The translations under genes were made by a program, and so were the position numbers. DNA of 64,000 bases from an uncultured Candidatus Rokubacteria bacterium (GTDB lineage: Bacteria > Methylomirabilota > Methylomirabilia > Rokubacteriales > DASRDR01): positions 608,001 through 672,000 of the forward strand of contig CAWGVS010000005.1 in the NCBI GenBank assembly GCA_963826115.1, read 5' to 3'. Below, piece by piece: positions 1-10,583 of this stretch. A model generated the notes under the pieces. The model did not search any database. It was not told the origin of the DNA and saw only the letters and a list, made by a program, of their open reading frames with translations. Within the stretch, counting starts at the first letter, position 1, and the number at the start of each line of letters is the position of its first letter.

Positions 1-354
1 GTCCGGCGGCACGACACGGAGCTCGTCGTGGAGGCGCTCGCGCGCCTCGCCGAGGTCGAGGACCTCGAGATCTACGGCCCCCGGGACCCCGAGACCCGGG
101 CCGGCGTGATCTCCTTCAACTTCCCGGGCGTCCATCCGCACGATCTCTCCGCTGCCCTCGACGCGGAGGGCGTGGCCGTTCGCGCGGGCCACCACTGCGC
201 GCAGCCGCTCATGCGGCGGCTCGGCGTGGCCGGGACGGCCCGGGCGAGCTTCTTCGTCCACACCGGAGCCGACGACATCGCCGCGCTCGCCGGCGCCCTC
301 CACCGGGCGCGGGAGCTCCTGGGCGCCGGCCGGCTCCGTCCTACCACGCACTGA
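1..354 (+). CDS. sufS: Cysteine desulfurase SufS family, C-terminal part (5' truncated by window)
   Basis: Frame open from base 1; motifs HPHD, VRAGHHCAQPLM (catalytic Cys) and TARASF typical of group II desulfurases. Confidence 0.9.
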   Translation, partial: VRRHDTELVVEALARLAEVEDLEIYGPRDPETRAGVISFNFPGVHPHDLSAALDAEGVAVRAGHHCAQPLMRRLGVAGTARASFFVHTGADDIAALAGALHRARELLGAGRLRPTTH

Positions 355-409
355 GCGCTCCACGCGTCCGCCCGGGCCGACCGCGCGGGCAAGCGCCGCG
401 GCAGGCCTG

Positions 410-1378
410 ATGCGGCGCCTCGCGACCGGGGTCGGCCTCCTCGCCCTGGTCATCCTGTGCGGCGCCGCCCCGTCGGGGGCCGAGCCGCTCCGGATCCGGT
501 ACGCCGTCTGGGTCGGCTACGGGCCGCTCTTCCTCGCGCAGCAGAGGGGCTACTTCCAGGCCGAGGGGGTCGACGTCCAGCTCGTGAAGATGGAGGACCC
601 CGCGGAGAGCTTCCGCGCGATGAGCGCGGGCCGGCTCGACGGCCTCGCGTCGACGGTCGACACGATGGTGACGAACCTCGGGACCGGGCGCGAGTTCCAG
701 TGCGTCCTGGCGCTCGACGACTCGGCGGGCGGCGACGGCATCGTCGCGCGCCGGGAGATCCGGTCGGTCCGCGACCTCAAGGGGAAGCGCGTCGCCGTCC
801 ATCTGGGGTCCGTCTCGCAGTTCTTCCTGGACGTGCTCCTGCGGGAGGCGGGCCTCTCGGAGAAGGACCTCCAGATCGTGAACATGAAGCACGGCGACGC
901 CGGCGCGGCGTTCGTCGCCGGCAAGGTGGACGCGGCCGTGACCTGGGAGCCCTGGCTCTCGAAGGGAAAGACGGCGCCCCACGGGCACCTCTTGGTCGAC
1001 TCCTCCGCGACGCCGGGGCTCATCACCGATGTTCTCGTGTTCCGGCGGGACGTCATCGAGCGCCGGCCGCGAGAGGTCCGCGCCGTCGTCGCGGCCTGGA
1101 ACCGCGCGGTGGCCCTCTGGAGCGAGCGCCCCGCGGAGTCGAACGCGGTCATGGCCCGGGCGGTGGGCGACTGGCTCCGGGACCCGGCGCTCTTCGCCGA
1201 CGTGCTGACCGGCGTGCGCTTCTACGACCAGGCGGCGAACGCGCGGTTCTTCGGCACCGCGGAGCGGCCGGGTCCGCTCTACCGCATGATCCAGAACGCG
1301 CTGGACCTGGTCGCCGTGCCCCCCTCGGCCCGGGGCGTCGCGCCGGGCGACCTCGTCAGCCACGCCTTCGTGAAGTAG
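410..1378 (+). CDS. ABC transporter substrate-binding protein, NitT/TauT (SsuA/THI5-like)
   Basis: Signal peptide; WVGYGP, DDSAGGDGIV, AAVTWEPWLS motifs; paralog of next gene. Confidence 0.85.
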   Translation: MRRLATGVGLLALVILCGAAPSGAEPLRIRYAVWVGYGPLFLAQQRGYFQAEGVDVQLVKMEDPAESFRAMSAGRLDGLASTVDTMVTNLGTGREFQCVLALDDSAGGDGIVARREIRSVRDLKGKRVAVHLGSVSQFFLDVLLREAGLSEKDLQIVNMKHGDAGAAFVAGKVDAAVTWEPWLSKGKTAPHGHLLVDSSATPGLITDVLVFRRDVIERRPREVRAVVAAWNRAVALWSERPAESNAVMARAVGDWLRDPALFADVLTGVRFYDQAANARFFGTAERPGPLYRMIQNALDLVAVPPSARGVAPGDLVSHAFVK

Positions 1379-1436
1379 GGACGCGGCGGGCGTTCGGCCG
1401 GCTCGCAGGACGCGGCGCAGCGCGACGCCGCCCGCA

Positions 1437-1465
1437 TTGACAGCCCCCGGGAAGTCTCGTAACGT
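1437..1465 (+). promoter_or_regulatory. Sigma70-type promoter for second SBP/ABC operon
   Basis: TTGACA (1437-1442), 17 bp spacer, TAACGT (1460-1465); GGAGGAGG RBS before ATG 1547. Confidence 0.7.
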
Positions 1466-1546
1466 CGGCCTCGGCCGGGGGGCGGAGCGGAACTCGCCGA
1501 CCTGTGGGCGCGCGATGAACGGGCGGGGGCGGAGGAGGTCGGGCAC

Positions 1547-2521
1547 ATGAAGCGACTCCGGGTCATCCTCGGGTGCGTGCTGAGCCTGGTGGTGGCGTCC
1601 GCCGCCAGCGCGGCGGAGCCGATCAAGATCGGCTATCCGATCTGGGTGGGCTTCGGTCCCATCTACCTGGCGCACAGCAAGGGCTTCTTCAAGGCGCAGG
1701 GCGTCGACGTCGACCTCCAGGTCATCGACGACACCAAGGTGGGCATGGCGGCGCTCGCCGCCAAGCGCATCGAGGCCTACGGCGCGACGCCGAACACCGT
1801 CCTGCTCTACGCCAAGGCGGACAACCCGTTCACCATGGTGATGACGCTCGACGACTCGAAGGGCGGCGACGGCGTCGTCGCGAACAAGGACATCAAGTCG
1901 ATCAAGGAGCTCAAGGGGAAGAAGGTCGCGTTCCTCGAGGGCTCGATCGCCCAGTTCTACCTGAGCTACCTCCTGAAGCGCGAGGGCATGACCGAGAAGG
2001 ACATCACGCCGGTCAACATGGGCTCGACGGGTGACGCGGGCGCGGCCTTCGTCGCGAACCGGGTCGACGCCGCGGTCGTGTGGGAGCCGTGGCTCAGCAA
2101 GGGCAAGAGCGCGCCCCACGGCCACGTCCTGATCGACTCCTCGAAGACGCCGGGGCTCATCATCGACACGCTCGCGTTCCGCCAGGACGTCGTGAGGAGC
2201 CGGCCCGACGACGTGCGGAAGGTCGTCCGCGGGATCGGGCAGGCGGTCGACTTCTGGCGGACGAACCCCAAGGAGGCGACCGAGATCATGACAAAGGGCC
2301 TGGGCGGCTGGCTGAAGGAGCCCAAGGACTTCGAGGAGGCCCTGTCGGGCGCGACGCTCTACGGCATCAAGGAGAACCGCTCGTTCATGGGGACCAAGGC
2401 CAAGCCGGGCCCGATGTTCCAGACGGTCCAGGGCGCCATCGACTTCTGGCGGCAGACCGGCAAGCTGGTCTGGCCGGCGGTCAAGGCCGCCGACGTCGTC
2501 GACCCGTCGTTCCTGGAATAG
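1547..2521 (+). CDS. ABC transporter substrate-binding protein, NitT/TauT (SsuA/THI5-like)
   Basis: Signal peptide; WVGFGP, DDSKGGDGVV, AAVVWEPWLS; strong codon bias; upstream of permease and ATPase. Confidence 0.9.
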   Translation: MKRLRVILGCVLSLVVASAASAAEPIKIGYPIWVGFGPIYLAHSKGFFKAQGVDVDLQVIDDTKVGMAALAAKRIEAYGATPNTVLLYAKADNPFTMVMTLDDSKGGDGVVANKDIKSIKELKGKKVAFLEGSIAQFYLSYLLKREGMTEKDITPVNMGSTGDAGAAFVANRVDAAVVWEPWLSKGKSAPHGHVLIDSSKTPGLIIDTLAFRQDVVRSRPDDVRKVVRGIGQAVDFWRTNPKEATEIMTKGLGGWLKEPKDFEEALSGATLYGIKENRSFMGTKAKPGPMFQTVQGAIDFWRQTGKLVWPAVKAADVVDPSFLE

Positions 2522-2532
2522 CCCAGTCGTGA

Positions 2533-2589
2533 CCGCGGTCCGGGGACGGCGCCGGGACTCTTCCCGGGGCCGTCCCCGGCGGACCGCGG
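2533..2589 (+). other. Long intergenic stem-loop between SBP and permease
   Basis: CCGCGGTCC/GGACCGCGG, GGGGACGGC/GCCGTCCCC and CCGGGA/TCCCGG arms around a CTCT loop; no U-tract, so probably an mRNA-stabilising hairpin. Confidence 0.65.
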
Positions 2590-2601
2590 AGTAGCCCGCC
2601 C

Positions 2602-3393
2602 GTGGCCGGCTGGCTCACGCCCAAGGAGCCGATCCCGCGCCCCGTCTATCTCACCGCCAGCACGCTCACCGTCGGCGCGCTCCTCGGCGGCTGGGTGCTG
2701 CTGGCGTACAGCGGTCTGGTCCGGACCGAGTTCCTGCCGACGCCCTACCAGGTGGGCCTGGCCGCCGTCGACCTCACCAAGGACGGCTCCCTGTGGACCC
2801 ACATCGGCGCCTCCTGCTTCGTGGTCCTCGTGGGGTTCGGCGTCGCCTCGGTTCTGGCGGTGCCGCTCGGCATCCTGATGGGCACCTTCCAGCTGGTGGA
2901 AGCGGTGGTCGAGCCCGTCACCGACTTCATCCGCTACCTGCCGGTGAGCGCGATGGTGCCGCTCCTGATCCTGTGGGTCGGGATCGACTACGAGACCCGC
3001 ATCGCGGTCATCTTCATCGGCACCTTCTTCCAGCAGCTCGTGATGATCGCCGACATCGCCCACCACGTGCCGAAGGACCTCCTCGACGTGTCGTACACGC
3101 TGGGGGCCGGCCGCCTGCAGGTGGTGTCGCGCGTCCTGGTGCCCGGCACCCTGCCGGGGGTGATGGACACGCTGCGGATCACGCTCGGCTGGGCGTGGAC
3201 GTACCTCGTGCTCGCCGAGCTGGTCGCCGCGAACCGGGGCCTCGGGTACCTGATCCTCACGTCGATGCGCGGCCTCTTCACCGACCGCATCTTCGTCGGG
3301 ATCCTGGTCATCGGGCTCCTGGGCCTCCTGTCCGACCTGCTGTTCAAGTACCTCCACCGCTGGCTCCTGCCCTGGTCGCCGAAGGCCGGCTGA
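2602..3393 (+). CDS. ABC transporter permease, NitT/TauT family
   Basis: Multiple TM segments; EAA-like LDVSYTLGA loop; AELVAANRGLG motif. Confidence 0.9.
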   Translation: MAGWLTPKEPIPRPVYLTASTLTVGALLGGWVLLAYSGLVRTEFLPTPYQVGLAAVDLTKDGSLWTHIGASCFVVLVGFGVASVLAVPLGILMGTFQLVEAVVEPVTDFIRYLPVSAMVPLLILWVGIDYETRIAVIFIGTFFQQLVMIADIAHHVPKDLLDVSYTLGAGRLQVVSRVLVPGTLPGVMDTLRITLGWAWTYLVLAELVAANRGLGYLILTSMRGLFTDRIFVGILVIGLLGLLSDLLFKYLHRWLLPWSPKAG

Positions 3394-3409
3394 CGGAGGC
3401 CCCGCTCGC

Positions 3410-4213
3410 GTGGCGCGCCTGACGCTCGACCGTCTCAACATGCGCTTCCGGACCCGCCGCGGTGAGATGGTCACCGCGCTCCAGGACATCAGCTTCGAGA
3501 TCAATGACCGCGAGTTCGCGGTGCTGGTCGGGACCTCGGGGTGCGGGAAGTCGACGATCCTCCGGCTGGTAGCCGGCCTCTTTCCCCCGAGCGAGGGGCG
3601 CGTGCTGCTCGACGGCCGCGCCGTGTCCCGGCCCGGGGCCGAGCGGGGCATGGTCTTCCAGTCGTACACGCTCTTTCCCTGGCTCACCGTCCAGCGGAAC
3701 GTGGAGTTCGGGCCCCGCCTCCGGGGCACCCCGGCGTCGGAGCGAGCGCGGGTCGCGGCGCACTACATCCGCCAGGTCGGGCTCGCCGGCTTCGAGAACG
3801 TGTACCCGAAGGAGCTCTCGGGCGGGATGATGCAGCGCGTGGCCATCGCGCGGGCGCTCGCCAACGACCCCGAGGTGCTGCTGATGGACGAGCCCTTCGG
3901 CGCGCTCGACGCCCAGACGCGCTCCCTCATGGGGGAGCTGCTCCTCCAGGTGTGGGGCGAGGCCGCGAAGACGGTCCTCTTCGTGACGCACGACATCGAG
4001 GAGGCCCTGTTCCTCGGCGACCGGGTGTTCGTGATGACCGCGCGGCCGGGGCGAATCCGAGAGGAGATCCAGGTGCCGCTGCCGCGGCCCCGCACGGTGG
4101 ACATGCTGACGTCGGACGTCTTCGTGGGACTGAAGCGCCGGGTCATGGGCCTGATCCGCGAGGAGGCGCTGCGCATGCTCGACGCGCGGCGGGGCTCGGA
4201 CTCGGAGGACTAG
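3410..4213 (+). CDS. ABC transporter ATP-binding protein, NitT/TauT family
   Basis: Walker A GTSGCGKST, signature LSGGM, Walker B LLMDEPFGALD, VTHDIEEA. Confidence 0.95.
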   Translation: MARLTLDRLNMRFRTRRGEMVTALQDISFEINDREFAVLVGTSGCGKSTILRLVAGLFPPSEGRVLLDGRAVSRPGAERGMVFQSYTLFPWLTVQRNVEFGPRLRGTPASERARVAAHYIRQVGLAGFENVYPKELSGGMMQRVAIARALANDPEVLLMDEPFGALDAQTRSLMGELLLQVWGEAAKTVLFVTHDIEEALFLGDRVFVMTARPGRIREEIQVPLPRPRTVDMLTSDVFVGLKRRVMGLIREEALRMLDARRGSDSED

Positions 4214-4238
4214 GCACAGAGGCACAGAGGAGGCCAGC

Positions 4239-5252
4239 GTGGGGACCCATCCGATCCGTCCCGGGTACGCCGGGATTCCGACCTTCTTCCAGGCGCCGTA
4301 CGTGGAGCTCGACGCGGTGCGCGAGGGGCTGACCGTCGTGGCCGGCGTCCCCATCGACCAGGGGATCATCACCGCGAAGCCCGGCACGCGGTTCGGGCCG
4401 CGAGCCATCCGCGAGGCGTCGCAGATGCCGCGCGGGGTCCTGGCCGCCAACGTGGAGCACACCTGGGTCGACGTCGACACCGGCGTCGCCCTCCGCCTCA
4501 AGGACCACCTGGACCTCGTGGACGTCGGCGACTTCGACATCGACCCCACCGACATCATGAAGACGACCTGGTCGGTGGTGGCGGGCGTCGAGGAGATCGT
4601 GAAGCGGGGCGGGCGGCCGGTGGTGCTGGGCGGCGACCACTACATCGCGTACCCGTGCTTCGAGGGCTTCGTCCGCGCCATGAGCGAGCGGAAGGAGAAC
4701 CTCCGCGTCGGCTACCTCCACGTCGACACGCACTCGGACTTCCGGTTCGAGTACGGGCCCCTCGGCAAGTACAACCACGCGACGTCGGCGCGCCGGGTGA
4801 GCGAGAACCGCGCGGCGTCCTACCAGAACATGGCCTGGCTCGGCCTGAACGGCAGCGTGCTCGACGCCGAGATGTACCGGACGTTCAAGCGGGAGCGCCT
4901 CAAGATGGTGACCGCCAAGACGATCCGGGAGCGGGGCGCCGTGGAGTCGGTGCGCCAGGTGATGGACACGGTGGCGAGCGGCGTGGACGCCGTCTACCTC
5001 ACCGTCGACATCGATGTGGTGAATGGTGGCGAGGCGCGCGGCACGGGCGCGCCCGTGTTCAACGGCATCGAGGCCCGGACGTTCCTCGAGATGATGGAAG
5101 TGCTCGGGACGTACGACATCATCAAGTCGATCGACCTCTGCGAGGTCGCCCCGGGCTTGGATCCTGCGGGGACCACGGCCGACCTCGCGGTGGCCGGGCT
5201 CCTGGCTCTCCTCGAGCGGCGCCTCTTCGACCGGGTGGATCTGGGAGCCTGA
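4239..5252 (+). CDS. Ureohydrolase (arginase/agmatinase family), divergent
   Basis: GTRFGPRAIR, GGDH, DTHSD, DID, EVAP motifs; metal ligands retained, substrate loop atypical (HATS). Confidence 0.85.
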   Translation: MGTHPIRPGYAGIPTFFQAPYVELDAVREGLTVVAGVPIDQGIITAKPGTRFGPRAIREASQMPRGVLAANVEHTWVDVDTGVALRLKDHLDLVDVGDFDIDPTDIMKTTWSVVAGVEEIVKRGGRPVVLGGDHYIAYPCFEGFVRAMSERKENLRVGYLHVDTHSDFRFEYGPLGKYNHATSARRVSENRAASYQNMAWLGLNGSVLDAEMYRTFKRERLKMVTAKTIRERGAVESVRQVMDTVASGVDAVYLTVDIDVVNGGEARGTGAPVFNGIEARTFLEMMEVLGTYDIIKSIDLCEVAPGLDPAGTTADLAVAGLLALLERRLFDRVDLGA

Positions 5253-5272
5253 GCCGGAGACGGGACCCCGGC

Positions 5273-5680
5273 GTGCCTCGTTATCTCTTCCGCTGCCCCG
5301 CGTGTGAGGCCGAGTTCGAGGTCTCGCGCGCGATGAGCGAGGCCGGGCGGGCCGCCCACTGTCCCGTCGACGGGCGGGAGGCGGACCGCGTCTTCACGAT
5401 GCCGATGACGGCGGTCCGCCAGGCTGAGCGGCCGCCGCCGTCGGCCGCACCGGGCGGGGGCGTCGAGCGGAGCTGGTCGTCGCCGTTCTTTCCGAAGACG
5501 GTCCCGGGCGCCGATGTGGCGCGACCCGCGGCGCCGCCCCGTCACGTGCTGCCGGCGGGTTCCTCGAAGCCCACGCGCTTCCGGCACTTCGGGCACTGGC
5601 ACCCGACAGGGACCCCGGCCCACACGCACCCGCCGAAACGGCCGGCGGCCGCGAAGCCGGCGCCGCCCGCCGGGAGCTGA
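5273..5680 (+). CDS. FmdB-family zinc-ribbon protein with Pro/His-rich tail
   Basis: GTG 5273 gives MPRYLFRCPACEAEFE...HCPVDG (FmdB PxYxxxCxxC pattern); nested in ORF 4655..5680. Confidence 0.75.
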   Translation: MPRYLFRCPACEAEFEVSRAMSEAGRAAHCPVDGREADRVFTMPMTAVRQAERPPPSAAPGGGVERSWSSPFFPKTVPGADVARPAAPPRHVLPAGSSKPTRFRHFGHWHPTGTPAHTHPPKRPAAAKPAPPAGS

Positions 5681-5696
5681 GCGCCGGACCGCGCGC

Positions 5697-6518
5697 TCAG
5701 AGGCGCGCGGCGACCCCGAGCTCGCGGGTGAACCGCGGCCACACGTCGGGGTCGTGGCCGGGGATGAGGAGGAACCCGCGCTCGGCGGCGACGGCCTTGA
5801 GCCGCCGGATCGCCGGGAGGGTCGACCGGGGGTCGCCCCCGAAGGCGGCCGACACCGGCTCGTCGCGGTCGAGGTTCTCCTGGAGGTCGGCCGCGTCGAA
5901 GGCGAACACGTAGCCGCCGCCTCCCACCGACCGGTCGAGCTCGACGAGGAAGCTCTGGTGGCCGGGCGTGTGGCCCGCGGTGAGGAGCGCCGTCACGCCG
6001 GGCGCGATCTCGACATCGCCGTCGGCGAGCCGCCACTCGATCCGCGGGTCGTCCCAGTCGATCCGGAACATCGCGTTCCGCTCCGCGGCCAGCGGGTCGG
6101 CCACCGCGGCCTCGAGCTCCTTCCGCTGGAGATGCACCGGCGCGCGGCCCGCGAAGTGCCGGAGGCCGCCGACGTGGTCGTTGTGGAGGTGGCTCACCGC
6201 GACCGCGACGACGTCCCGCGGGTCGACGCCCACGTGCGCGAAGGCGTCCTCCAGCGGATCGCCGGGACCCGACAGCTCGAGCTTCGTCGTGCGGCGGCCC
6301 CAGAATCGGTGGTAGAAGGCCCGGTCGCGGACGAGGGCGCCGTTGAAGCCCGTGTCGAGGAGCACGTAGCCGTCCTCGGTCTCGAGGAGGAGGCCCGGCA
6401 CGGGCTCGCGCAGGAAGACGCGACCCTCGGCCTCGGGCACGAGCGGCATCGAGGTCCGGCGTGGGATGTGCTCCCAGCCGAACGTGAGAGGGAGCACGCG
6501 CCGGACCCCGCGCTTCAC
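5697..6518 (-). CDS. N-acyl homoserine lactonase-family metallo-beta-lactamase fold hydrolase
   Basis: LLDTG, SHLHNDH (HxHxDH), GHTPGHQS, IPGHDP; start set at GTG 6518 just below a promoter. Confidence 0.85.
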   Translation of the reverse strand: MKRGVRRVLPLTFGWEHIPRRTSMPLVPEAEGRVFLREPVPGLLLETEDGYVLLDTGFNGALVRDRAFYHRFWGRRTTKLELSGPGDPLEDAFAHVGVDPRDVVAVAVSHLHNDHVGGLRHFAGRAPVHLQRKELEAAVADPLAAERNAMFRIDWDDPRIEWRLADGDVEIAPGVTALLTAGHTPGHQSFLVELDRSVGGGGYVFAFDAADLQENLDRDEPVSAAFGGDPRSTLPAIRRLKAVAAERGFLLIPGHDPDVWPRFTRELGVAARL

Positions 6519-6525
6519 GCGGCCC

Positions 6526-6554
6526 AGTATGTCGAGGGCCCCCGCGAGGGTCAA
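6526..6554 (-). promoter_or_regulatory. Sigma70-type promoter, leaderless, for lactonase-family gene
   Basis: Minus strand TTGACC, 17 bp, CATACT; 7 nt to GTG 6518; no SD. Confidence 0.6.
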
Positions 6555-6606
6555 GCTCCGGCGCGTCGGCACACCGTCGCCGGCGCCGTCGTCCCCAGCC
6601 GAATGG

Positions 6607-6635
6607 TTGACGCTTCCGGCTCGCCCCACTAGCGT
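6607..6635 (+). promoter_or_regulatory. Sigma70-type promoter, leaderless, for M20 amidohydrolase
   Basis: TTGACG (6607-6612), 17 bp, TAGCGT (6630-6635); 6 nt to ATG 6642. Confidence 0.65.
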
Positions 6636-6641
6636 GTCGGC

Positions 6642-8051
6642 ATGAGCATTCCTACCGGACTCGCCGCGACGGTCCGCGACGCGTGGCGTCGAGTCCGCCC
6701 CGAGATTGCGGAGCACGTCCAGCGTCTCTGGGCGGAGGCCGAGCTCCCGCTCCTCGAGACGCGGTCGGCCGAGGCGCTCGCCGCGTGGCTCGAGCGCCAC
6801 GGCTTCGAGGTCGAGCGCGGCGCGTGCGGGATCCCGACGGCGTTCGCGGCGCGATTCGGGCGGGGCGAAGGCCCGGCGATCGGGCTCCTCGCGGAGTACG
6901 ACGCGTTGCCGGGGCAGGGGAACGGCGCCGTCGCGTATCGGGAGGCGGACGGCCGCGCGGCCGGCCACGCGTGCGGCCACAACCAGATCGGGCCGGCGCA
7001 GGCGGGCGCGGCGATCGCGGCGCGCGCCGTGATGGAGACGGCCGGCCTGTCCGGGCGGCTCGTGGTCCTGGGCTGCCCCGCGGAGGAGATCCTCTGGGGG
7101 AAGCTCGCGATCCTCGAGCGGGGCGGCTTCACGGGGCTGGACGCGCTCCTCACCTCCCACGCCGACTACCAGAACGGCGCGCTGTCGCGCCCGTGCCTGG
7201 CGTGCGTCTCGGTGGAGCTCGTGTTCACGGGCGTCGCGAGCCACGGCGGGGCGGTCCGCCATCACAACGCGCTGCGGGCGCTGGAGCTCGTGACGCGCGC
7301 GATCGACGACCGGCGAGGCTCGCGGTTTCAGGGCTTCGTGGTCGGCCACGTGGTGCGGGCCGGCGGCCTCATGCCGAGCATCACGCCGGACGAGGCGCGG
7401 CTCTGGCTCACGGTGCGGCACGAGTCCTTCGAGGCTGCCCGCGACGCCTACGTCGAGATCGCGGGACTCGCCGCGGAGGCCGCCCGGACGGCGGGCGTCG
7501 GCGTCCGCCAGCAGCTGATCGCCGCGAGCCGCGGCTACCTTCCGAACGACGTCCTCGCCCGGTCGCTCGACGCGAGCCTCCGTCTCGTCGGTCCGCCGGC
7601 GTGGAGCGCCGACGACCTCGCGTGGATGGAGGCGCTCTCGCGCGCCTGCGATCCCGCGGCGCCCTTCGAGCTCCACCGGGACCTCGCGCTCCACACCGAG
7701 GGCTGCGATCCCTACGGCCAGGACGACGGGGAGGCGAGCTGGCGCATCCCGCTCGGGCGCGTGAACTGGGCGATCCCGCGGGCGGTGCCGCTCCACCACT
7801 GGGGCACCACCGCGCTGAGCGGCCACGCGGCCGGGCTACCGGGGCCGCTCATGGCGTCCGAGGCGCTCGCGCTGACGGCCGTCGCGCTCCTCGCCGACCG
7901 CGGTCTGGTCGCCGAGGCGCGCCGGGAGCTCGCCCGGCGCGTCGGTGGGCGGCCGCTGTCGCCTCCCCGCTCCGGCAACTTCGCGGTGATGTCGAGGACG
8001 CCGCTCGCGTTCTGGGGCGCGACCTGGCGGGTGGACGACCCGCTCGGCTGA
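6642..8051 (+). CDS. M20 family amidohydrolase (AbgB-like)
   Basis: PTAFxA, LAEYDALPG, GHACGHN, GCPAEE motifs. Confidence 0.85.
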   Translation: MSIPTGLAATVRDAWRRVRPEIAEHVQRLWAEAELPLLETRSAEALAAWLERHGFEVERGACGIPTAFAARFGRGEGPAIGLLAEYDALPGQGNGAVAYREADGRAAGHACGHNQIGPAQAGAAIAARAVMETAGLSGRLVVLGCPAEEILWGKLAILERGGFTGLDALLTSHADYQNGALSRPCLACVSVELVFTGVASHGGAVRHHNALRALELVTRAIDDRRGSRFQGFVVGHVVRAGGLMPSITPDEARLWLTVRHESFEAARDAYVEIAGLAAEAARTAGVGVRQQLIAASRGYLPNDVLARSLDASLRLVGPPAWSADDLAWMEALSRACDPAAPFELHRDLALHTEGCDPYGQDDGEASWRIPLGRVNWAIPRAVPLHHWGTTALSGHAAGLPGPLMASEALALTAVALLADRGLVAEARRELARRVGGRPLSPPRSGNFAVMSRTPLAFWGATWRVDDPLG

Positions 8052-8099
8052 TCGCCGCGCGCCGTCGCCGCGGCGCGAACGGACGCGCGTGACGCGCTG

Positions 8100-8108
8100 T
8101 GATAGGCT
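8100..8108 (+). promoter_or_regulatory. Extended -10 promoter, leaderless glyQS
   Basis: TG-A-TAGGCT followed 6 nt later by ATG 8115; no SD. Confidence 0.55.
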
Positions 8109-8114
8109 TTCTCC

Positions 8115-9606
<1,492 letters not shown>

Positions 9607-9628
9607 CGCGCGGCGCGGGGACGCTCCG

Positions 9629-10570
9629 ATGAGCCACCCGTTCAAGCCGATCGACGGCTTCAAGTCGCCGCGCTTCTCGCAGATCCCGACGTTCATGCGG
9701 CTGCCGCACCACCGGGTGGCCGGGGACCTCGACGTCGCCCTCCTCGGCATCCCGTACGACGGCGGCACGTCCTATCGCGCCGGCGCCCGGTTCGGGCCGC
9801 GGGAGATCCGGGTGCAGTCGGCCATGATCCGGCCGTGGAATCCGGTGCTGCGCGTGTCCCCGTTCGAGGGGCTCCGGATCGCCGACTTCGGCGACATCGA
9901 CATCTCGCCGGTGTCGATCGAGCGGACGAACGAGGTCGTCGAGCAGGAGATCGGCGCCATCCTCCAGGCCGGATGCCTTCCGGTCTCGGTGGGCGGCGAC
10001 CATTCGATCGCCCTGCCGATCCTGCGGGCGCTCGCGCGGCGGCACGGGCCGGTGGCGCTCGTCCACTTCGACTCCCATCCCGACACGTGGGACTCCTACT
10101 TCGGCTCGAAGTACTTCCACGGGACGATGTTCCGGCGGGCGGTGGAGGAGGGACTGATCGACCCGCGGCGGACGTTCCAGATCGCGATCCGCGGGCCGCT
10201 CTACGGCCCCGACGACTTCGACTTCCAGGCCCAGCACGGGATGTCGGTGATCCGGGTGGAGGCCATCAAGGAGCGAGGCGTCGACTGGGTCGTGGAGCAG
10301 TACGCCCGCCTCCGCGGGGCCAAGGTCTACGTGTCGTTCGACATCGACGCGGTCGATCCCGCCTACGCGCCGGGCACCGGGACGCCGGAGGTCGGGGGGC
10401 TCACCTCCTACGAGGCGCTGGCGCTCGTCCGAGGGCTCCGCGGGCTCGACTTCGTCGGCTTCGACCTGGTCGAGGTCGCGCCCCAGTACGACAGCGCCGG
10501 CCAGATCACCGCGCTCCTGGCGGCGAACCTCCTCTTCGAGTTCCTGTCGCTGATCGCGCTCAACCGGTGA
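9629..10570 (+). CDS. speB: Agmatinase / guanidinobutyrase-like ureohydrolase
   Basis: [45 protein letters not shown]; exact substrate not determinable. Confidence 0.85.
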   Translation: MSHPFKPIDGFKSPRFSQIPTFMRLPHHRVAGDLDVALLGIPYDGGTSYRAGARFGPREIRVQSAMIRPWNPVLRVSPFEGLRIADFGDIDISPVSIERTNEVVEQEIGAILQAGCLPVSVGGDHSIALPILRALARRHGPVALVHFDSHPDTWDSYFGSKYFHGTMFRRAVEEGLIDPRRTFQIAIRGPLYGPDDFDFQAQHGMSVIRVEAIKERGVDWVVEQYARLRGAKVYVSFDIDAVDPAYAPGTGTPEVGGLTSYEALALVRGLRGLDFVGFDLVEVAPQYDSAGQITALLAANLLFEFLSLIALNR

Positions 10571-10583
10571 GGGGAGGGGATCC

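Noticed and set aside
355-1546. Guanidine riboswitch upstream of the ABC/ureohydrolase operon
   Set aside because: No ykkC motif or twin ACGR hairpins recognisable by eye in 355-409 or 1466-1546; an Infernal scan would settle it
4212-4230. AGGCACAG tandem duplication before the ureohydrolase RBS
   Set aside because: Two 8-bp units only; no evidence of function
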